Shown: one piece after another, positions 19,622 to 28,296 of the stretch
How the letters are laid out: every line of letters begins with the position of its first letter
Numbering within the stretch: the stretch's first letter is position 1
DNA from: a virus
Taxonomy: Duplodnaviria; Caudoviricetes
DNA: 64,000 nt
IMG/VR virus record: IMGVR_UViG_3300027747_002427
Direction: 5' to 3' (one strand)
Position numbers and translations under genes: made by a program
Notes under the pieces: generated by a model
Databases searched by the model: none
What the model was told of the DNA's origin: nothing
Seen by the model: the letters and a program-made list of their open reading frames with translations, nothing else

Positions 19622-21064
19622 ATGGCCACTAGTCAATCTACTATTGTAAACAAAGACTCTTTAAAACAATTGGAAGCCTCTTCTGGAATAAAAGCTTCTG
19701 GTACTGGACTTACTTTAGATACCTTTAAAGCTAATGGAGACGGTAATCAGTATGCTGCTAGATTAGATATGCTAGTGAATGGTAAAAAATCTATAGGTCA
19801 TGTTTGGGCTATAGATCAAGGTGATCCATATCCTATAACTGGAGGTACAAGAGGAACATATGTTAATTTTGTAAAATGGTGTAAAGAAAATCATTTATTA
19901 GAAGCATTACAGAAACAAACTCCAGCAGGAACTGCAGGAGAATTAGTTACTGGCGGAATGTTAGGAATTGATACTTTATTGACTTCACAAATGTTCCAAA
20001 ATCCTATTACAGGACCAGCACAAAATGCTCCTTGTTTGGGTGCAGATCTTTTAAATAGTATACACCCTCACATGGTAGAAGGTATAGAAAATTTTTGTAA
20101 TATTATTCGCACAAGATCATATCTATCTTTACCACCAGGGGCTTTTGGAGGATTGAGTTCTTTTCTTTATAAAGTACAGGGAGCTATAAGTGGTTTTATT
20201 CAAGCATTATATAATGTTTATCACGGGGTTTTATTAATGATGCAAAGATTTGCTAATATGATTAACGGACTTTTGCAATCTTTAAATCAATTTATCTATG
20301 ATTTTATTAGTTACTTTATACCATTAGATTTAATTTGTGCTATATTAGGTGCTTTCCAAAGTTTGTTAGATGACGTAGCATTTTTTGCACAACTTTTCGG
20401 AGGAGGTGATGGAATTTTTAATGCAATCAATTCAATTCAAACCGTTATAAATTTTGCTGCTCAAGGTTTAAATTATGCATACAATCCAATATCTTTAGCT
20501 GGTTTGATTCCGGGTGTTAATGATGTATTTAAAGCTTTAAATCAATTATCATCAGATCCAGAAGCTTTCATGGGTCAATTAATTTCTCATTTTGGATTTT
20601 CTGCTGGGGCTGGAAACAAAGCTGTACAAATTGCAAATGCTATTCTTTTACATTATGGGTTAGAAAGTCAATTAGGTCCATTAGGTTCTGTATTGTTGTC
20701 TCAAGGTGTTGCTGGAAATAGCAGTCAATGGTATAGATCTGGTGATACTGGAACCGGTAATTTTGGTAATCTTGCTTATGGTAATGTTATACCAAACCCA
20801 GGTTATATAGATCCAGATAATCCTTTTAGTTTCTTGGACGTAAATTCTAATCCATATTTTAATAAAGCTAAAGCAAACATAGAAGATTTTAAAACTAATG
20901 CGCGCGCTATACCAGCTGCAGCTGGTGCAGCGGCAGCTGAAGTGGGAGCTATACCGGGTAATATTGCAACTTCTGTTGGTAATTTCTTTAATCCTAATGC
21001 AGCTCCTCAACAAGTTGCACCAGTGACTCCAACACCAGTGGTTGCAAATCCAAATAATCCTTAA
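19622..21064 (+). CDS. Hypothetical virion-associated protein
   Basis: 480 aa, Gly/Ala-rich amphipathic/hydrophobic helices; directly upstream of gp5-like genes. Confidence 0.5.
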   Translation: MATSQSTIVNKDSLKQLEASSGIKASGTGLTLDTFKANGDGNQYAARLDMLVNGKKSIGHVWAIDQGDPYPITGGTRGTYVNFVKWCKENHLLEALQKQTPAGTAGELVTGGMLGIDTLLTSQMFQNPITGPAQNAPCLGADLLNSIHPHMVEGIENFCNIIRTRSYLSLPPGAFGGLSSFLYKVQGAISGFIQALYNVYHGVLLMMQRFANMINGLLQSLNQFIYDFISYFIPLDLICAILGAFQSLLDDVAFFAQLFGGGDGIFNAINSIQTVINFAAQGLNYAYNPISLAGLIPGVNDVFKALNQLSSDPEAFMGQLISHFGFSAGAGNKAVQIANAILLHYGLESQLGPLGSVLLSQGVAGNSSQWYRSGDTGTGNFGNLAYGNVIPNPGYIDPDNPFSFLDVNSNPYFNKAKANIEDFKTNARAIPAAAGAAAAEVGAIPGNIATSVGNFFNPNAAPQQVAPVTPTPVVANPNNP

Positions 21065-21076
21065 TAATAAAATAAA

Positions 21077-22177
21077 ATGGAGCCAATCAAGGGTATACAT
21101 TTAGGATTAGTAGTTAGTAGTTCTCCGGATCCAGAAGGAAGAAATAGAGTTCAAGTATGGGTACCACATTTATCCAATACACTTTATGGACCTTTAAATC
21201 AAAAATTAAAAGATGTAAAATTTAAAGGCCCAGAAGATTTAAATACTATAGACAAAGACATTTTAATTACTTTACAAACCACATTGCCTTGGGCAGAATA
21301 TGGAGCACCTTTATTTGGAGGTTCTAGCGGAGCTTTTAACACTGCTACCGGACAAACAGCAGTCAATAGTGGTTCTACTTTTCAAGGCAGTGGTAATGCT
21401 GCTCCTTTTTTGCCTACAGCTTCTGCAAATATGAAGACAGATGGTACTAAACCAGCTACGCCTTCTGCTGGAGTTATTACAGCATCAAGAACCCAACCCA
21501 CTCTCACCCAAAGAGGTATTAGTTTTGCCTCTGGAATTATAAATTTGGCTTTACCAGATGGTACAACGAAACAATATCCTTTTAATAATGGCGGTGGTGG
21601 AGCGGGTGCAATACCTGCTGGGAATTACACAATTTCAAATCCTCAAATAAGAAATACACCAGGGATGGTTGTAGATGGAGTAGGTTATTCTTTTAATTTA
21701 AGTGATATTTATGATCCAGCAGCCGGTCGTAATAGAACTGAACTTCGTATACATCCAGATGGAGGGGCTACAGGAACCGCTGGATGTATTGGTATTGTAG
21801 GTGATGGTAATACTCAATCTCAATTTTATAAAGATTTAAATTCCGTTTTAGCAGCTAATGGTGGTGTTTATAATTTAAACATAGTAAATGATCTTCCGGG
21901 AGATGGAACTGGTAAAATTAATGATCCGGATCCTACAAAACCAAGTGTTTCTACTGGTAGTACATCTGGAGCAAAAGGTGTAGTATATCCAGATAGATCT
22001 GCTGCTGTAGGTTGTGTTCCAAGTAATGTAGGTACACCGGGATCTCCTGTAGGAACTTTTTCTACTCCTAATGGTGGAACAAAAGTTTGGGTGTTCTTCA
22101 TGGGCGGCGATGCTCAGAGACCAGTTTATTTTGCTCAGTCCCCTAATCCAGGAGATGTAAATGCTTTACGCGGTTAA
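21077..22177 (+). CDS. gp5/VgrG OB-fold protein with inserted L,D-transpeptidase/Tlde1-like domain
   Basis: DPEGRNRVQVW...LPWAE and PNGGTKVWVFFMGGDAQRPVYF are the two halves of the Gp5 OB fold; the insert carries GAIPAGNY and RIHPDGGATGTAGCIG. Confidence 0.75.
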   Translation: MEPIKGIHLGLVVSSSPDPEGRNRVQVWVPHLSNTLYGPLNQKLKDVKFKGPEDLNTIDKDILITLQTTLPWAEYGAPLFGGSSGAFNTATGQTAVNSGSTFQGSGNAAPFLPTASANMKTDGTKPATPSAGVITASRTQPTLTQRGISFASGIINLALPDGTTKQYPFNNGGGGAGAIPAGNYTISNPQIRNTPGMVVDGVGYSFNLSDIYDPAAGRNRTELRIHPDGGATGTAGCIGIVGDGNTQSQFYKDLNSVLAANGGVYNLNIVNDLPGDGTGKINDPDPTKPSVSTGSTSGAKGVVYPDRSAAVGCVPSNVGTPGSPVGTFSTPNGGTKVWVFFMGGDAQRPVYFAQSPNPGDVNALRG

Positions 22178-22179
22178 AA

Positions 22180-23430
22180 ATGGAACCTGATTACGACATA
22201 CATTTAGGTTTAGTAGTTAGTAGTTCTCCAGATCCTGAAGGAAGAAATAGAGTTCAAGTTTGGATTCCTTATTTGTCTAACACGCTTTATGGACCTTTAA
22301 ATCAAAAATTAAAAGACGTGCATTTTAAAGGACCAGAAGATTTAAATAATATAGATAAAGATATTTTAACTATATTACAAACCACATTACCTTGGGCAGA
22401 ATGCGCCGCTCCTTTGTTCGGTGGTTCTAGTGGAGCTTTTAACACTGCTACCGGGCAAACAGCAGTCAATAGTGGTTCAACAGTTCAAGGTAGTGGTAAT
22501 GCTGTTCCGTCTTTACCTACTGCAACACCAAATATGAATGTCACCGGGATCAAACCAGATAATATTAATGGTTCTTACGGAAATGCTAGTAGTCTTGGTC
22601 TTCCTTCTGGTTGGAATAAAGAATCTGCTTATGATAAACAAGGTAGACTTGCTACAAAAGGTAATACATTACAATTTATATCAGCTCAAGAGTTGCACAA
22701 TATAAATTTAAATGCAGCACAAAATGGAGGTCTAGCAGGTTTAGCTGCTCCGAAAGATTCTAGTTATTTTACACCAGGTACAACAACAACTGCTGCTCAA
22801 TGGGCAAATTATATGGATGCTATAGCTTTGCATGAAAACGTCGGTCTTGGAGGAGGTAAGGGAGGAGGTACATACTCTTCAGTAAATGGTTATATACCAA
22901 TTAATGTAACATATAATGAAGGTTATAAAAACAATGGACCGATACATTGGTCTGAAGGTATATATCAAATGACTGTAGGGGAAAATGGATTGAATAGTGA
23001 TAACATTTATGATCCAAATGCTCAGGCAGCAGCTTTTACACAAAGAGCACGAGATTTTGCAGTTATAGCAGGTGCTAAAAAAGGAGATTGGTCAATAGGT
23101 GATAGTGGTATTGCTGCTTATGGATGGAACAGGGCTGCAAATGATGTAGCAGCAGCAAATGGTAATAATTCTAATGATTTATTAAATAATGTTTCTTTGC
23201 CTCAAGGTGCACAAAGTAATGGAACCCGACCAATAACTTATACGGATAAATCAGCAGCAGTAGGTTGTCAACCCAGCAATGTAGGTGCACCTGGTGCTCC
23301 TGTAGGAACCTTTTCTATCCCAAATGGTGGAACAAAAGTTTGGGTATTCTTTATGGGTGGAGATATACAAAAGCCGGTTTATTTTGCTCAAGCCCCAAAT
23401 CCCGGGGATATAAATGCCCTACGAGGTTAA
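22180..23430 (+). CDS. gp5/VgrG OB-fold paralog with inserted lysozyme/lytic-transglycosylase-like domain
   Basis: Near-identical OB-fold halves to 21077..22177; insert has MDAIALHE (candidate catalytic Glu), EGIYQMT, NIYDPNAQ. Confidence 0.72.
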   Translation: MEPDYDIHLGLVVSSSPDPEGRNRVQVWIPYLSNTLYGPLNQKLKDVHFKGPEDLNNIDKDILTILQTTLPWAECAAPLFGGSSGAFNTATGQTAVNSGSTVQGSGNAVPSLPTATPNMNVTGIKPDNINGSYGNASSLGLPSGWNKESAYDKQGRLATKGNTLQFISAQELHNINLNAAQNGGLAGLAAPKDSSYFTPGTTTTAAQWANYMDAIALHENVGLGGGKGGGTYSSVNGYIPINVTYNEGYKNNGPIHWSEGIYQMTVGENGLNSDNIYDPNAQAAAFTQRARDFAVIAGAKKGDWSIGDSGIAAYGWNRAANDVAAANGNNSNDLLNNVSLPQGAQSNGTRPITYTDKSAAVGCQPSNVGAPGAPVGTFSIPNGGTKVWVFFMGGDIQKPVYFAQAPNPGDINALRG

Positions 23431-23444
23431 TTATAATTAAATAT

Positions 23445-25481
23445 ATGCCAAAACCAATAGATTATACAAAAAATAAAGAATCTCAAGTACACCATACATC
23501 TGGAAGATATAGTGGTATACAATTTGTAGATAATAAACAGGTAGATCCTAATGGTTCTCAAAGTCCTAAAGATAAATCATTTTCTTATTGGGGTAATTCT
23601 TGGAACACTTTTACTAAAATATTTACAGGCAATATTTTTTCTAATGCTCCCGGAAATATTAGTTTAAATGCCGGGGAAGAAGTGCATATTACTGCTCATA
23701 ATAAACAAGAAACTACTTCTGGTGGTAGTGCAGTTTATAATAAAGGCGAAACAGTTCATAATCATGGAGAGATGACTGATGAAGATAAAGCCAAGATGAA
23801 AGAATATCAAGGTTATCTAGATCAGATAACTCAAAAAGCACAAGATGCAATAAAAAATACTGCTGCAGAAAAAGTAACTTGTCCTAATTGTGCTCAAATG
23901 CATCTAATAGATGATAAAAGCGATCAATGGGTTATTATTTTAGATTATATAAGAAGAATAGTAGATAACTTTCCTTATCTTACTTTTCCTTTTGCGGTTT
24001 TAAGAACTTTAATTATGAAAGTTTATGTTCCTCTTTTAGGACAAAAAACTAATTTAGGCCTTAATGGAGGGGAAGGGTGTGGACCAGGATGTAAAAGTGG
24101 AGAAAAGGATGGGATGTCTTTAAAAATGCAGGCCGGTGAAAAAGCTGTAAAAGATGAAATGGAAAAATTATCTGATAAGATGAACAAATTAACAATAGCT
24201 ATGAAAAATTCTTCAGCTACTGCTAAAGTTCATAAAGATAGTGAAATACATATATATGGTGATCCTACAGCTGGTCCTCCTAAAACAAAACCTTATGTGA
24301 CCCCAGGACCACATCATTCTTTGCCTATGAATTTGAGAGTATCAGATTCTTGGAGAAATAAATTAAGAGTATCAACAGAAGGTAATTGTAAAGTAGTAGT
24401 TTATCAACCACCATTACATTCTCCATTTGGTAATCTAATGATGCAAGTTCAAAATAATTTAAAAATTACTACAGGTAATGCTGGCATGGATCTTATGTCT
24501 ACCGGGGAAATAGCTGTAAAGGGTGGATCTGTGCACGTCAATGCATCAGAAGGAGAACTTTCTATTACATCTAAAAACCTTACAACTATAGGTGGTGGTA
24601 ATGTTTTAATAGCTGCAGATAATAAATCTGGTGATACAGGAGTATGTATAGATGCTAAACACACATATGTGAGAGGTGCTTTTAATGTTAATGGTGATGC
24701 AGCTGTGCTCGGTGCTCTTACATTAGACGGGCCTCTATCAGTTCCTTATATTAATTGTCCTACTATGGCAGCTCCTACTACTTTAAACGGATCTTCTAAA
24801 TACGCAAATCATCATGCAAATTGGGAAGAATTTGGGGCAGCTTTAAATGCTCTCAATTTTGAAACAGATTTAATAACAAAATTTTTATTCCAACCTAGTT
24901 TACTATTAACTGGATCTGGATTAACTGAAATTATTATGGAAGCTTATAATTTAATTATGATGGCTATATTTATAGAAATACTTCCTACTGGAATATTCAT
25001 AGGAGCCGGAGTAGGGCTTGGTGCTTGTGCTGTTGCTGGATTAGTTTGGAATTTTACTCATAACCATACCCAGGCTCCTCAAGATCATACTCATGAAGTT
25101 GCCGTTCCTAAGGGAGGATCTTGGAAAACATTAGCTGGTGCCGGTCAACAAAGAGCTGCTGGTAATCCAGCCCCAACAGTTGCTCCTACAAGTGGTACGT
25201 GGCCTTCTCCGGGACCTAGAGCACTGGGTGGTGGTTGTGGTGGTGGTGGATTGTTTAAAAAGGCTCGCAATCAAAATTATGGTATTGATAGTGAAGACGC
25301 TTTCAATGGTGGTAACTATGTCAATACAACTGTTGTGAGAAATCCAGACGGGTCTATATACCCTCCACCAGATTTAACCTATCGTGTTGTTAATGACACG
25401 GGACCAGCTCCAAAGATTGATCCGGTTACTGGTAAGGTTATTATTCCAGATACTACACCTGTAAATGTAGCTTGTGATTAA
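23445..25481 (+). CDS. Baseplate central spike, gp5 C-terminal beta-helix-like
   Basis: Real start MPKPIDY at 23445 (the ORF-track extension overlaps the previous gene); beta-strand repeats (NNLKITTGNAG, GEIAVKGGSVHVNA, VRGAFNVNGDAAVLGALTLDG) and HNH/HTH motifs. Confidence 0.65.
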   Translation: MPKPIDYTKNKESQVHHTSGRYSGIQFVDNKQVDPNGSQSPKDKSFSYWGNSWNTFTKIFTGNIFSNAPGNISLNAGEEVHITAHNKQETTSGGSAVYNKGETVHNHGEMTDEDKAKMKEYQGYLDQITQKAQDAIKNTAAEKVTCPNCAQMHLIDDKSDQWVIILDYIRRIVDNFPYLTFPFAVLRTLIMKVYVPLLGQKTNLGLNGGEGCGPGCKSGEKDGMSLKMQAGEKAVKDEMEKLSDKMNKLTIAMKNSSATAKVHKDSEIHIYGDPTAGPPKTKPYVTPGPHHSLPMNLRVSDSWRNKLRVSTEGNCKVVVYQPPLHSPFGNLMMQVQNNLKITTGNAGMDLMSTGEIAVKGGSVHVNASEGELSITSKNLTTIGGGNVLIAADNKSGDTGVCIDAKHTYVRGAFNVNGDAAVLGALTLDGPLSVPYINCPTMAAPTTLNGSSKYANHHANWEEFGAALNALNFETDLITKFLFQPSLLLTGSGLTEIIMEAYNLIMMAIFIEILPTGIFIGAGVGLGACAVAGLVWNFTHNHTQAPQDHTHEVAVPKGGSWKTLAGAGQQRAAGNPAPTVAPTSGTWPSPGPRALGGGCGGGGLFKKARNQNYGIDSEDAFNGGNYVNTTVVRNPDGSIYPPPDLTYRVVNDTGPAPKIDPVTGKVIIPDTTPVNVACD

Positions 25482-26314
25482 GCATTAAATACTGGAGGTC
25501 CGTCTTTTAATGCTTGAATAAACGGAGGCAAATCATCTCCTACTTCTATCTCTGCTGTTGTCTTTTTAATTACAAGAGGATACTTCAAAGTTTTTGATAC
25601 GTAATCTTTTTGATCATAAAAATATTTTTTGAATATATTTTTCTGTCCACTTTTAGATATTTTTATATAAAAAGTATAAACATCGGGTATATCATACATT
25701 ACCATAGTCCAACCTTTATTTAAATAATTGTCTTTTAAATATTTTATAAAACTATCAGATTCTGCTTTAGTTGCATTGTTAAAACTATTTTTTACAAAGT
25801 CTACAACTTCTTGAGGTTTCAACATTTCTAAATTAATTGAATTGCCTGGATCGCATGTAAATGTAGCTTTGACAATAGGATTCCCATCCGTGTCACATAT
25901 ATAATCGTTTATAACCTGGCATCCACCTGCATTAACTACTTCTGTATAAGCATTTATACGTGGTATAAAGGTATCATATGCATCTTTTAAAACTTTTCCT
26001 AAAGTTAATCTTTTGTCTCCTTGTTTTGCAAAGGTTTGAGGATCTACTGGATATATAAAAGAATTATCCGCACTTGCTTTATATTCTGGAAAATCTATAG
26101 GATGATTTCTTACAAAGCCTCCCCAATTATCATTTCCAGCCATATTAGCTAAATCAGCTAAAAATTGTTTGGCATTAAATTTTAATGAATCTCCTGTAAC
26201 ACTAGGCCAACTAGAAGTTAAACTATTAGGAAATTCTTGATCTAATATTATATTAATATCTACACCATCAACTGTTTTAATAGATCCATCTGGATTTCTT
26301 GTAATGATTGCCAT
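25478..26314 (-). CDS. Hypothetical protein
   Basis: 278 aa ORF; shares a TTAA stop palindrome with the convergent spike gene. Confidence 0.6.
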   Translation of the reverse strand: MAIITRNPDGSIKTVDGVDINIILDQEFPNSLTSSWPSVTGDSLKFNAKQFLADLANMAGNDNWGGFVRNHPIDFPEYKASADNSFIYPVDPQTFAKQGDKRLTLGKVLKDAYDTFIPRINAYTEVVNAGGCQVINDYICDTDGNPIVKATFTCDPGNSINLEMLKPQEVVDFVKNSFNNATKAESDSFIKYLKDNYLNKGWTMVMYDIPDVYTFYIKISKSGQKNIFKKYFYDQKDYVSKTLKYPLVIKKTTAEIEVGDDLPPFIQALKDGPPVFNA

Positions 26315-26323
26315 ATATCTTAA

Positions 26324-26725
26324 TTAGTCTAAAAAGTTATTTTGCTGCTGTTGAATGAAGAGGTTTTTCAAAAATTCCATAATAGCGTCTCTGTCCCTAT
26401 GACTATTAAAATGTTGTATAACAACTCTTTCTCCGTCTACATTATACCCCATTATCATAAAGGTATCTAAATACTCTGTAATAATACCCTTTAAAACTGT
26501 TAAGTCTCTAATAGAAACTTTAGTTTCAAAATCTTTTTCTTTAGACCATTTATCTAAACCTTTTTCTAATTCTGCATTATTAATTGCAGCAAAAAGATTA
26601 TTTTTAATCTCTTCTAAAGATTTAGGTTCTCTAACTTGTACTGAAACAGAAGAAAGAGAAGGAACTATCTCTAAAGACAGTTCCTTCTTTTTGATCTTTT
26701 TGCCTTTCTTATTAGGCTCCTGCAT
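26324..26725 (-). CDS. Hypothetical protein
   Basis: Likely start MQEPNK at 26725. Confidence 0.6.
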   Translation of the reverse strand: MQEPNKKGKKIKKKELSLEIVPSLSSVSVQVREPKSLEEIKNNLFAAINNAELEKGLDKWSKEKDFETKVSIRDLTVLKGIITEYLDTFMIMGYNVDGERVVIQHFNSHRDRDAIMEFLKNLFIQQQQNNFLD

Positions 26726-27035
26726 AAGTCGAGGACTTATTAGTAATACCAAACTTATTCAGGTACTCAATAATGACCTCGATAGAGCTAGTCTTAATCT
26801 TGAAACGCTCTGGAATGAATTGTCCTCCATCATGCATTTCAAAATACTCTTCTCCCATATCATTATGGTTATTGTAACACGTAATGAAGATGGATGCTAC
26901 TTGCGGATCTACAATAACAGTCCAAGAGCGAGGATCTTGAAAACCAAATTCGCTAAAAAGCTTATCGGCTACATATCCACTATCTCTCAGTCTCTTAATG
27001 AAGTAACTGCATGTTGTTATTTTATTCTTTGCCAT
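26712..27035 (-). CDS. Hypothetical protein
   Basis: 107 aa; TAAGTA 12 nt upstream. Confidence 0.6.
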   Translation of the reverse strand: MAKNKITTCSYFIKRLRDSGYVADKLFSEFGFQDPRSWTVIVDPQVASIFITCYNNHNDMGEEYFEMHDGGQFIPERFKIKTSSIEVIIEYLNKFGITNKSSTYAGA

Positions 27036-27064
27036 ATGTTTTATTTTTACTTAATATGTTGTGT

Positions 27065-27820
27065 TTATTTTACTAGAGCTGAAACAATGTATTTCAATTC
27101 TACATCATCATCTTCCTTATTTTGAAAGATGAAAACTTTATACTGATTATTAATCTTTACTTTAATGTCAGTCTTGCAAGAAGCTAAATTCTTAAATACT
27201 TCTGTATTCACTGGAAGAGCTTCCGTAATGGCTTCTCCTTCCAAAGAGTTGGCTACAAGCAAAGTCATATTGTCTACGTTCTGTAACGTGCGATCATTAA
27301 TTTCAGCGTATATCTTACCGTCCTTCGAGTAAAAATAGATCTTGGTAAGATCTGAGGCAAAGGCATAACCAGCCATAATTTGTCTTATTTTACTAGTGGT
27401 TAAAATAAACTCTGTATCAAATTTAAGTTGTACAATCTTTTCTAGATTAACTGGTGTCTCTCTAATAACACTATCATCAACTAAATGGTATTTGAAAAAG
27501 GTCTTTTCATTATCCGAAGACTTAATTTCACATTTAATATTATTGATATTATATTCAATAGAAAACTCTCCATCATCTCCAAGACATTCTAGCCCTGATA
27601 ATAATTTTTTAATGCTAATAAGGTTTAATCTTACCGACTCTTTTAATTCAAATGGTAAAGTAGCCTTAGCATAAAGAATAACTGTCTTATCTGCCGAAGA
27701 GCAAATAGAGTATAGATTACTCTTATCTGCCTTAAGGACACAGCTTTCTGTGAGTCTATTAACTGGTTTAAGTATCTTCTCTAAGAAACTCTTAGGAAGA
27801 GGGATATGAATATCTGACAC
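27065..27820 (-). CDS. gp45: DNA polymerase sliding clamp (gp45-like)
   Basis: 251 aa, two similar beta-rich halves, ILYAK, FKYHLVDDSVI, C-terminal LKYIVSAL; located in the replication arm. Confidence 0.7.
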   Translation of the reverse strand: MSDIHIPLPKSFLEKILKPVNRLTESCVLKADKSNLYSICSSADKTVILYAKATLPFELKESVRLNLISIKKLLSGLECLGDDGEFSIEYNINNIKCEIKSSDNEKTFFKYHLVDDSVIRETPVNLEKIVQLKFDTEFILTTSKIRQIMAGYAFASDLTKIYFYSKDGKIYAEINDRTLQNVDNMTLLVANSLEGEAITEALPVNTEVFKNLASCKTDIKVKINNQYKVFIFQNKEDDDVELKYIVSALVK

Positions 27821-27833
27821 TTAATTAGTCTTG

Positions 27834-28295
27834 TTAATTGTTTCTATTCTTTTCATTGAAGGTATTGAATACCTTCCCTAACATACCAGACATCTTAGTA
27901 AGAGTAGCATTAACTCTTTCTAACTGAGATCTGATAGCTACCATATCTTCATTAGAAAATTTAACTGGTTCTTGTTGTACAACATTTACTGATCCTACTA
28001 CTGGAGTAGCATTTAAAGGAGGTATAAATTGTCCTTGATCCGATGAATCTGGAACCTCTGATAATGCTTGTCTTTCTGCATCTTGAATAGCCCTCATCAT
28101 GGCCGGGGACACTGGCGTCCCCGGCCCGGAAGAAGCTACCTGCTTACCTACAATAGGAGCAACAAACTTTTGCATATCAATTTTATTAGCTTGATTAATA
28201 CTTTTTTCAACAGTCATACTATCAACACCATGAAGGTGTGAGCCAACCATTCTAGCTAACATTGCTGCTTCTAAAGCTTGTTGCTGTGGATTCAT
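27834..28295 (-). CDS. Hypothetical protein
   Basis: 153 aa between folE2 and the clamp; contains an embedded GC-rich hairpin. Confidence 0.6.
   Translation of the reverse strand: MNPQQQALEAAMLARMVGSHLHGVDSMTVEKSINQANKIDMQKFVAPIVGKQVASSGPGTPVSPAMMRAIQDAERQALSEVPDSSDQGQFIPPLNATPVVGSVNVVQQEPVKFSNEDMVAIRSQLERVNATLTKMSGMLGKVFNTFNEKNRNN
28101..28126. other. Perfect 10-bp GC-rich inverted repeat inside a CDS
   Basis: GGCCGGGGAC-ACTGGC-GTCCCCGGCC. Confidence 0.9.
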
Positions 28296-28296
28296 A

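Larger units (their letters stand above)
21077..23430 (+). repeat. Tandem gene duplication (conserved 5' about 340 bp and 3' about 195 bp, unrelated middles)
   Basis: 21077-21419 aligns with 22180-22522 and 21980-22177 with 23233-23430, with long identical runs such as CTTTATGGACCTTTAAATCAAAAATTAAAAGA. Confidence 0.92.

Noticed and set aside
23265-23444. Cys/Trp-rich N-terminal extension of the spike ORF (possible frameshift fusion of OB-fold and spike)
   Set aside because: Out-of-frame overlap with the conserved OB-fold C-terminus of 22180..23430; no slippery site identified; ATG 23445 has a normal A/T-rich context
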